Shown in pieces: positions 24,601 through 35,497 of a stretch of DNA of 64,000 nt. The stretch is from Chrysomallon squamiferum (lineage: Eukaryota; Animalia; Mollusca), in the NCBI GenBank assembly GCA_012295275.1, contig CM022665.1, forward strand, positions 23,994,001-24,058,000, given 5' to 3'. Each line of letters starts with the position of its first letter. Within the stretch, counting starts at the first letter, position 1. The position numbers were made by a program, and so were the translations under genes. Under the pieces are notes generated by a model. It was not told where the DNA came from and did not search any database. It saw nothing but the letters and a program-made list of their open reading frames with translations.

Positions 24601-27527
24601 AATGTTATAGTTGCAACAATTTAAACAAAAGTTGAAGTAACTTGATTATATTATATTGATTATAAAGTTGATTATTTTATACATAACAGAGATAGAACTG
24701 TTAGAATGACTCAGATAGTTAATTAGGAGATAAAGGTATTGTTCTGTTTTATTTTTGAGTATGGTTAGCATTCATTTAACTGTGCTATATTTTCTGTGAA
24801 AATTAACAGCATCACTCAGTGTCGATTGCTCTTTATATGTTGACAATTTTCATATTTTCTACTGATTGTCCAACATGAGTTTTATTGAATGTCAGTTGCA
24901 ACTTTGTCTGAATAAACTTCAGCAATGGGCAACTGACAATAGATTTAGGTTCTCAAAAACAAAAACATCTACCAGAAAAGAGGTCTCCATTTGGACTGGT
25001 GCGATCATGAACAAACATCATTCTGTGAAGCCAGTCCTGGGAGAGTGGCAGTCCTCCTACAGGCAGCGCAGGAAGGATGAGATAATTTTGTGTCTTATTG
25101 GTCATACTTATTTGACTCCATTCATTTATCCTGAAGAAGGATTGTCCACCTCAGTGTGAACACTGTCAGTGTACTCTGACAGTGCACCACATTTTGATGG
25201 AGTACGATCTTAGGCATATACAGAAGGATATATTTGGTCAAATAAATGTGATGGAATCATTTCAATTCCATCCTGAATTTGTTTTAAAATTTCTGAGAGT
25301 TACAGAATTTTAACATAAGTAAACTGTGATACTTTCTGCACAGCCTTTTACACTGTATTTTGACTAATTTTAATTTTGAATTTTTATATAAAAAATATTC
25401 ACTATTTTGGTATATTTAACTTTATTTCACATCCAATAGCCAATATATATTTTGTGCTGGGGTGTTGTTAAACATTCATTCATTCAGTCATTCATTAAGA
25501 GTACTAAATCTAGTAAAACACATAAAACTGAAGACATTACCAGTGATAGACCTATAATAAACTTCTTCAAAAATGAAGTCAGACTATGCACATTAAATAG
25601 GTGTGAAAAGACAGAACAGTCCAGTTTGTTTATGGGTATAACTTCAAAAGTCACCGTACACTAAATTAATGCATTTTGTTAATGTCCAAATATTAGTCTG
25701 CCACTCTGTGAGCTTTAATATTGTTTTAGCTCTTCTGGTCGGTATTACTGATTAAAGGCATTTATCTTTTCACAGTACTTTCTTATTGCATGCATTGAGC
25801 ATTTTTCCTTCAGGCAAGCAAATTGTGCCTTCATTTCTTGATCTGATTTCATCCTGCATGTAACTATTTCAGTGGAAATACCCGTGTTTCTGTCTGATGC
25901 TACATACTGGTAGTGCTTGTTGTGTTTTTGTGTGATGTCAGGTTAATGAGTTCCTAACAGTATTAAGCACACATTTATACATTAATAAGATTCAGACAGA
26001 TGTTAGCTTCACTGCCTAAATAACTAAAAGAAATGTTTCTGATTTTCCAAAAATAAATAGAGTAATAAAAGCTGTGAATTAGACAATTCATTACTTATAA
26101 GTGTAAACAGGTTTTTGGCTCTTGAATAAAAATTATATTTTAGAAATCACTGCTTCATTGTGTTATATGTGTTTCAGCACAGGTATTTTTTGTGTACAAG
26201 CATGACCTTTTCTTAAAGGGGATATTTATATTCAAATATACATAATTGGTATTTTGAATCATTGTGGTAATATCAGTAACTGGTAAGAACTTGTAATTCT
26301 TGCTGTTTGAATTGTTGCAAAAGAAAACATTGTATCATGGTTATAAAAGTTTATATGTGTCATTGTTGAACAATAAATTACAGTTGCATTTGGTCAAAAG
26401 ATTTAAAAAATTATTTTTGATATTTCAGAAATATTTATGAGATCAGATCAGAAACAGCCAATACGAGACAAATACTCTGTGATTTATTTAGTTATATATG
26501 TATACTTTCTCAACATTTGTGATAACTAATTACAGACAGAGCTGTTGTCACCACGGAATGTACGACGATTGCATGCTTTCCTGATGGTTCCACTCCTGCT
26601 GATGTCACATCTGTCTGCTTTCTATTTCTTTGGAGGGAAACCATTTGGCAGTGCCTTCCTGGATAGACTTGTCATCAACAGTAAGTTATTTCTACATTCG
26701 TTTCGTCTGAATAATGTCACATTCAAGTCATTTTATCACTGATTATGACATGGTGTCCTTATATAGTTATTTTGTCTCTTTGTGTCATAAAAATAATTTT
26801 TCACAGAACGTTATTATGTTATTGTCAGTGATAAAGTTTCAGTGTTGGTATGTTGTCACTGTTCAGCACATAGCTCAACATTTAAAAACATTTCTTTTTA
26901 TGAGATACTGAAAATAATTAATCTTGAGCTCTAGTATGAAAAATTATAATTTTCAGTTTATATAAATAATGTTAGATTTAAGTAATAAAAGTTCAGTGAT
27001 TACAGGAGGATATCTCTGAATAATTAAGGGTTTTTGCTTTTGCCCAGGTAAATATTATTGACAATGGAGTTTTCTTGCTTTGTAGATAAGTAAGCTAAAA
27101 CTAAATTCTGTCAAGAATATTTATTGTATACTGAAAATGTAAAGGTCAATTTTTTAAACTTGTGGCTTTTATAAATAGTAGTGAAACAAAAATAATTTCC
27201 ACACTTATTCATTATATGTTTTCTAATCTTAAAAGGGATTTTAAGATGACCTGCATTTCACATCAGGAGTATTTATTCAGTATGGCATCTCCTTTGAAAT
27301 CTTGCTGAAGAGATCCCGTTAATGATAAATCATTAATAGATTGTTATTTGATTCCTTGGAGTTTTATTATTATTATTATCATTGATGTTGTAGTTTTTAA
27401 TGTCTTTCATTTTTTAAAATATTTTTCAGCTCCTATAACATATGTGATGGGTCTTTATTTTATTTTCTACTGTTGTGTGCAGAATGCCTTTGAGATTGAA
27501 CAGCGACTTAAAACAAAGAGAGATTAA
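18658..27527 (+). CDS. HHAT: Protein-cysteine N-palmitoyltransferase HHAT (hedgehog acyltransferase / Rasp-Skinny hedgehog, MBOAT family), 10 coding exons, ~525 aa
   Basis: Exons 18658-18826, 19590-19654, 19830-19940, 21315-21506, 22264-22500, 22865-23187, 23606-23641, 24297-24498, 26536-26680, 27430-27527. All introns are GT..AG with matching phases; total 1578 nt. Motifs: KDISDFEW, YTFYLPLFFTGP, GQFFMVKYVVLYG, PKCIS..MWKFFDRGLYDFLKRYIYIPLGGS, and FIYLWHG with the catalytic His intact (HHAT rather than His-less HHATL). Many hydrophobic TM segments. Confidence 0.93.
18860..19164. mobile_element. Tigger/pogo-family MITE (Tigger4/Zombi-like) in the first coding intron of HHAT
   Basis: Imperfect TIRs: TAGACTAAGGATCCTTACCTGAAAT at the left and ATTTCAGATAAAGGATCCTCAGCCTA at the right. 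TA on the left flank; ~305 bp; non-coding. Confidence 0.7.
23865..24186 (+). mobile_element. Degenerate SINE-like element with (CATT)n tail in HHAT intron 7
   Basis: Core-like segment CCATGACTGGTACATATCAAAGGC..ATTGCAGCTAATTG..AGAGCAG and a (TTCA)n tail like that of the nearby LINE. Confidence 0.4.
24790..25497 (+). mobile_element. Degenerate, internally deleted non-LTR retrotransposon (I/Nimb-group-like LINE) in HHAT intron 8
   Basis: RT remnant (SLYVDNF, FIECQLQLCLNKLQQWATDNRFRFSKTKT) joined directly to the C-terminal region (KPVLGEWQSSYRQRRKDEIILC..IGHTYLT, then C-x2-C..H knuckle CEHCQCTLTVHHIL). Frameshifted; ends in GCTGGGGTGTTGTTAAA(CATT)n tail. Confidence 0.8.
26995..27330. repeat. Dispersed repeat in the last HHAT intron (inverted, shorter copy of 6460-7280)
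   Basis: Contains TATTATTGACAATGGAGTTTTCTTGCTTTGTAGATAAGTAAGCTAAAACTAAATTCTGTCAAGAATATTTATTGTATA, the exact reverse complement of ~7145-7222. Confidence 0.8.
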
Positions 27528-30500
27528 TCATCAAAATTATACTGTCTATGGCAGTAGTTCTTAACATTTATATTTTGCCTAGCTGCCCCTTTTCAATAAA
27601 TTTTGCAGGTTGGTGCACCATAGGTTAAATTTTATACGGGTCATAGAAGTAAAATAATTTATGTACTGACGTTATGGTGTTCATCACGTGTGTGTTCTCA
27701 GGTTGAAAATCACTTACTAATGACCAAGAATCCAAAACAGTTGTGGTGAAAGTGAAAAGACTTGGAGTATAGTTTATGAATATATACATGTGTAAATAAG
27801 TAAATGACTGTTTTTCTCTCATTCATTCATTCATTCATTCTGTTATTCAGTCAAAATATAGAGTAGATGGGGAGGGGGAAGTCTAATACTATTTAAATTG
27901 GTTTTAAAACAACATAAAACAAATCATTTTTGTGTAGTGTTTGCATTTGGTTTTATTCATTTGCTATAAGTCGGGTAGTTAAACAATGGCAGTGTTATCT
28001 TTTAATTTTTGAGGCCTGTTGTATCATTTTGCTATCTTGATAACAGAATCCATAAATGACAGAAAAAATCCAGCAAAGACATGATACATTAAACATTTCC
28101 ATTCATAAAATTCATTTAAAAGTTTGTTAAATTTTTCTGCTGTTGTTATTGTTACATTTTAATGTATTGTTGTTAAAAGAATTAGCAAATGAAAGATTAA
28201 TGTAAAGAATATAAGAAATCCTTTTTGATTTTTATTAATTTGACATTACTGGAACTATTTTGTGCTGTTCTCAAGAATCAGTAAATGAAAAAAGAAATAA
28301 AAGAAAAGGCTGACATATTGACAGCTTAAAAGTTACCATAGAAACTTACTTGATTATTTCTTTGTGTATTAGTCTGCTTTGAAATTCCATTAAATATAAT
28401 ACTGACATTATATTATGTTAGTCGAAGATTTTTTAATTTGTTTGTTTTTTGGGGGGATGGAGGTTGTTGGGTTTTCCTTTTTTTCTGGATAAATTGTCTG
28501 TCTGTTGATTCATTACCACCTGCGTTCTTGTTTTTCTGAATACAGATGTGAATTTTTTAATTTTTATTTCAGGTTTTTTTTTTGCCTTCCTAAACTACAT
28601 TCTTCAAAAATCAGTGATTTTTGTTATTTCTATTATTTTTATTTATTTATTTATTATTTCTTTTTTTTATAGCTAAATAATAAAAAAATATATATATATT
28701 CTATACTTACACTATGGATGGACACTGTTTGTGCTACAGTACATAACAGATTTTAATATAATTTAATGTGACTTCTATAAAAATCTAGATAGACTGATGG
28801 ATGGATTTAACTCTTTGCAAATATACTGTTATGTTTATCAAGTTTTTTCTCACCATGTCATAAAAAATTATATGATTTATCATATAATAAGCATTTATAT
28901 AATATTAAAATGGGATACTTGTTAAACACAATCATTCATTAATTTCTTCATATCATTATTAATATGACTGACATCATCTAACTGCTAACAATATTGCAAT
29001 GTGGCCATTTTCTTAATTTTTATTTATTTTTGACAATGTAAAACAGTTATATTACTTTTAACCTAATAGATATTTAATAAAATTGTGTTGTATTTTTGAT
29101 TTATGAATTTGATGTTTTTGCTGCTTTTTTTAATCTCTTTTGAAATGAAAAAATTAAATAATTAAAAATGCCTAATGTTTCATTATTGTTTCATGCTATT
29201 ATTGTTATATTTGATTGTTAAAAAATGAATAAAATATTTTTTAAAGGAGAAAATTGACTAGAGTTTTATATTTGGTATATTATCATTACGAATTAAAAGA
29301 TTTGTTTTCAAATGTTTATTAAATGTCAAATCTATTGTTATTTGGCTGTTTTTCAGTTATTAGCAAAGATATAATCATTCAGAAAGAACTAAAAGACCCC
29401 ACCCAAACAAAAAAATTAATAAATAAATAAATCTCATAAAATAAGAGTATCTAGCTAACCAGGTGTACTAGCTGTAATAGGAAATTGTCCAAATGGTTTA
29501 TTAGGCAGGGTTGAACTTGTCTCCTATCATTCCTAAGTCCAAACTCAAACCACTGAACCATTTTATAGTTAATAAAAAGCAATATTTATTTATGATTCTA
29601 ATTGTATTTAATTATTTAAATTATAATGTTTGTTTTTTTGCTGTTGGTTTGCTGTTTTAGATACATATATCCACTTTATATAGATGATAACATAAATACA
29701 TTTTTGTAAACAACAAAAAAGACAAACATAACATTTCACTCTATATTGTTAAAGATTATAATACTGAAGTTGGAACTAACTACAATAAGTATACCTATAC
29801 AGTTTAAAAAAAACTTGAATACAATTAGTGTTATCACCTATTGCTTTCCACATTACAAATTAAGAGTTATTTTAGCTTATTGATGACATTCCATCTGATA
29901 AAAAATGACAGGTACAAATGAGATTGCATTAATTTTATGCAAATAAGTTTTGAAGTGGTTTTAATTAATTTTGTCTTCTATATTTATCTATCTGTGAAAA
30001 ATCCTACTTGGTGCTTCCTCTAACTTCCATCATAATTCTCTGGATTATCAAAGTATCTATGTGTACATATGTGCATGTCTGTATGTATATATGTGTGTAT
30101 GAGTACTATATGTGTATATTTTTATTTGTAGGTACATCTGTGTGTGTATATGCATATTTCATTGTGTTATATGTGTTCCAGCACAGGTATTTTTGACCTT
30201 TTCTTAAAAGGGATTTTTTTTTTTTTTTTTTTTTTTATTATTTTTTCCATGATTATAAGAGAGATATTTTTATGAATCCAAAAAGTACAAAATTGAAAAA
30301 TTACAAAAATCACAAAAAGTGAAAAACAAGAGTAACATAAGAGATACTTTCACAGTGAAAGTGAGAGATGAATAGGGCACAGAACAGGTGTTGCTCAATG
30401 AACACATTTTTTCAATTCATGCACAGTTCCAATGTAGAAGCATTGTTCAAATTCTAAATCAGAGTTCAAACACTGAACGGTTCATAGTACAATGCTTTTA

Positions 30501-32337
30501 TGCACTCAAAATACACTTTGTGTTTCTTTTGAAACAGTATGTAAATTGCTTTGCTAAACATGTTATATTTTTATATCTTTATTTTCTGGACTGTCAAGAA
30601 CATTAACAGTACATAAGTTAAATTTCATAAAATATAAAACTAAATCTTCTGTGTTTTACAGAAAGAAAGAAAAAACATTTTCCATTTTTATATAATATTA
30701 TTATACTGTTGTGTCTTGATGATTATTCACAAATACTAACATTATTTTTATGGATATGGTTTTAAATTTAAAAACTATTTATATATATTATTAAAACAGG
30801 ATATTCTAGATTTTGTCATTCAGTCCACCTGACATGCATACATTATTCATACTGGTTAATGCTTGACAAGCTGTCAAAATGGTGCAGTTTCATATATGCA
30901 TTAATAAAAAAAGAAACAGGAATTGCAACATATTGTAAAATTATAATACAACTAGAATGTTATTTTAAAAGTAACATAATAAATTTAACAGTACATGGTA
31001 TTAGAATAAATACACTTACGAGTATGTGTTTGTACGAATGTGAATGTCTGTGTGTGTGTTCTTACCTCAGAGCATAGTTGAACGCTGACAATCTGTAAAT
31101 ATCTGAAAGAGAACTTATGTATATGATTTCTGTTATTTATGATGAGGATGAATGTGTTTTGAAAGCAATAATAATAGTGCTGAAATAATATTAAATAATA
31201 CAAACAAAATCATAATAAATAAATAAAAACAACATGACAGTGAAAGTATTTTATTTGTACATCAATACAGCAGATATATGCTATAAAGGTACAAAGAAAA
31301 TTACTTGTAAACATAGACATACACATGTGAATGATGAATAAAGACTAATTTCTTACTCAAGAGAGGTAACTCCAAATATAAAATGCCAAAGGCGTATTCA
31401 GTAATCTCTAACGAACGAAGAAACAGTTAACAAAACATTTTAAATATTACTTAGCACCAATGGATCTGTTCGTGTACACTTGTGCTAAGATGAAGCGATG
31501 AAGTGTTACACAGAATCTGTTTGATCATCAGTCTTTCCGGGCGAGTGACTGTGACATGTGCTTCCTCTTCAGTAGAAGTAGAAAATAAAAAAGATTAGTG
31601 ATGTAATATGTTTAATCTTTGTTTATCTCTATATCCCACAATAACCTCTATGTCTCAGTATAACTCAAGATTAAAATTGTGTCGTTACACAAAGCATTTA
31701 TTCCCTTTTTCCTTACTATGGACGGCTATTTATTACAAACTATTCCTCAAATAAAATGTGCGTGTGTGTGTGTGTGTCCATATATATCTTCTTACGGCCG
31801 AGTAATTTCCATTCATCTTCAAAGTCATGTGTATTCAGAATTTCAAGATATTCTATAATAACCAATACTGGTATCTTCTGCTTCCAACAGAAACATTAAT
31901 CAAGTCTAATTAATGTCACCCACACATCCACATCACTTCCAAATAACAACAAAACAACAGTTAACATTAGCTTTCAGAAACTTATTTATTAATTTTTTTT
32001 TTTTTTAAATAAAACAATATCTGTTACTTCCATTTAATTAACTGTTGTTCTATATATAATGTTCTGTTTGTGCTATTAAATGTTTACAAAAATGTTATGT
32101 ATAGTAGGACTATCCATCAAGCTTGTAAAAATATGGACAGTTAGAACAATTTTACTTAATTTTAATTATACGATCAAATATTTAGTTTAGTAAAATAACT
32201 GTTACATGGATTTATAATATTGTATTCTGAGCACCGAAAAAATATATGCAACAAAAAGATAATGTAATTATAGTAAACACGTTAACAAAATATATAAAAT
32301 AATAAATAAAAATAATATAGCATGCTCATGCATTCAT

Positions 32338-32340
<3 letters not shown>

Positions 32341-32421
<81 letters not shown>
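32341..32421. repeat. (CA)n microsatellite
   Basis: Pure CA run of ~80 bp. Confidence 0.95.
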
Positions 32422-32424
<3 letters not shown>

Positions 32425-32728
32425 CACATACACACATTACCGCAAAAATAAATAATTGTATACCAGAACATTAAAATACGATGTTACTGACGTTGTCATC
32501 TTTGTAACTATTGTGTTAAATGATTATCATTATATTATCACAACAGACAACAAAACCAAAGGACAGTAACAACCAAAAAAAATCCAGTATATGCATATTC
32601 GAAGGGGTTCTTTTAATTCAATTTAGAAAAGTCCAATTCACATACGAGTTTAGGCCTATACGGTATATATACATGTGAAAAACCATACTACTACTACTAT
32701 TAATAATAATAATAATATCACCACCAGG

Positions 32729-32776
<48 letters not shown>

Positions 32777-33254
32777 AATAATAATAATAATAAGCAAACA
32801 AATAAGTAAGAAAATAAGAAATTCGCTACCTCTGCGCTATGGGCTGCACCTTTTTGGATTACCAGTAAGTGATCTTTTATATTTATCTTTCTATAAACAG
32901 GAAAAAAACCCCAAAAAAACCTACACGTTTTGTTAATCCAGTGGAAAACACCAGCTGTAATGGGAAGAAGCTCACAGCAAGCACCGTGGAGGATTTTCGT
33001 ATGATATGGAAAATAAAATTAATTAGAAGCTATAACACAGCTGTTTGGAAAGCAGTGAACTTCAAAGAAAAGGTTTTAATATGACACTTCCACTAATTAA
33101 AGCTCTGGAAAACGTATTTGCATAAAATTAACGTAATCTCTTTGATACCTGTCATTCTGTTGTCAGATCCTATGTCGCTAATAAACGACAATAACTGTAA
33201 TTTGTAACGCGGAAAGCAATAAGCGATAACAAACACTCACAAATTTGTCACAAC

Positions 33255-33343
33255 GTTTTTATTTAAGGTGGTATTTTGAATAGAACATGGATCTGTTTCT
33301 GGTACTGAGTTTCAGAAATCTGAGAATCGTCAAGGCAGTAAGT
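33255..33343 (+). promoter_or_regulatory. Putative sulfatase promoter and 5' UTR exon
   Basis: TATA-like TATTTAAG at 33260, donor GCA|gtaagt at 33338, and an acceptor (..tatttgaag, ending 33779) four bases before the ATG at 33784. Confidence 0.35.
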
Positions 33344-33783
33344 CAAGTAGAGGAATCTAAGTTTGTATTAATTTTTTCAATATGATAGAATGAAATGATA
33401 TTTGCATTTTTAAATGTGTATATACGATGCTAGTATTTATATTATATACATACATATATTATTATTATTATTATTATTACGTGTTTTTCCTATAAATTAA
33501 AATATAGTTTGTTAAATGTAGTAAAAATCATAAATAAATATCTTTTATTTTATTTTTTATTATGAGCATATCCAGTACTAACAATCAATGATTATCTAAA
33601 AGAGAGAACTGGTTTCCTCTCTTATTTAAATAACCATCGTCAAATAACGACCATTCTCACACACTATAACCGTTCATAAACAAAAAAGTTTCTTTTAGGT
33701 TTCACAGAACATAATATAGTTTAATGTTTCTCTTATTTAAGACGAATTTCTCACAAATTTATTTCGTTCATATTTGAAGGAAA

Positions 33784-35450
33784 ATGAGTTGGCATAAACA
33801 CTCTCTGGCTGTTGTTTTGCTTTTTGCAACGCTAATCTCCGAATGTGTTTTGCAACCTGAGATCCTTCCCGAGGAACCACTATCAACAACTACACCACCC
33901 TTAAATCCACCGGCGCAGATAGTACAGGTAATATTAATTTTAATAGACATCGATATAATATAATTATGTTGATTAGGTATATATATATATATAAAATGTT
34001 CTTTATATTACTGTTACATCAGAGGCGTAGAGGATGCGAAAGTAAATGGGCATTGTTGTTAAGAGGCGCAGATATTCGTCTTGCCTATTTATTATTATTA
34101 TTATTATTATTTTAATGCCTGTAAATATATATGCCCTCTCTATCTTGTATAAGTAAGTCACTCGATTCTTGGCGAGATGATATTTGGGACTCTGTTTTTG
34201 ACCTGGGAAAAGTGGAAATTGATTCTTTATTCATAGGACGACATGTTACAAAAACATGTAGTAAAACATTTCAGGGTTAACTGAAGTGGGGGCGGCAAAA
34301 CAGTATTCCCCTCCCAGAACGCAACATACGCTGCTCTGTTACACTGTATCATCGTCATTGTTGTTGTACTTGGTGTTTTGTCGATTCTTTTTTCTTTTTT
34401 TCCCGAGATTTCGTTAGTAAAATCTATATTGTTTCTTATGTAATAAGTGTGTCATCCAAGTTCTCTGAGGATAACTTTACGATCTTTCATTACATATTTC
34501 TGTTGTGTATGTACTTAAAAAAAAAAAATTCTGTATAGCCAGACTTCGTGAAGGAATCACAAGGAATCAAAAATATTTCTATTGTTTATAGGTCTATTGC
34601 CATTTAGATACATTTCACACTTATATATATGTATGAAGGAAATAGCAGTGAGTTAATCGTTAATACCTGCAGAGTATAAAACAGTCCACTTAACACAATT
34701 ATATTAACACAGTTTAGTAATCAGTATTAAAAACAACGTAGAACAAACAGAAATATTAATAAAACATTTTATTGTTAAAAGCAACAGCGGTGGTATTAGC
34801 AGGAACAATAATAGTAGTAGTATAGTAGTAGTAGTAGTAATGGTAGTAGTAGCAGTAGTAGCAGTAGTTGTAGTACTTGAAGTAGTAATAACTACTTGCA
34901 TCCCTCCAAAGGTCAGTAATGCGACCTTTTGAAGTCTTCGCCCTGTTTGCCTGCCTAGTTGGCCCTGATAGCAGTAATAGTTTTGGTAGTAGAAGTATAG
35001 TAGTAGTAGTAGTAGAAGAAGTAATAGTAATAGTATGAATAATAAAATAATAGCACATATCTACTAATAATGCAAACCATTATATTTTATCTGTGTTAAT
35101 TTCTAAAATATTTTCTCAGGCTACTGAAAACATATGGGTAGCTGTTGGTTACGCCCTTGGAAACACTATTATGATCGAAGGAGAGAATAGTCTCGTCATA
35201 GTAGATGTTTCGGAGACTGTAGAATCGGCACAAGAAATTCTGGCAGAATTCAGAAATATCACCCGAAAGCCTATTGAAGCTATTATCTATACGCATAATC
35301 ATAAAGATCATACGTTTGGTGCAAAGGTAAGTAATACATTTCGTTTCATCGCTAATATTTTTTCTACAGAAAGATGCAGAATTCTTTCTTTACCAGGCAA
35401 AAAAATAAAATAAAATAAAATAAAATAAAAAATAAATAAAACATAAAAAA

Positions 35451-35497
<47 letters not shown>

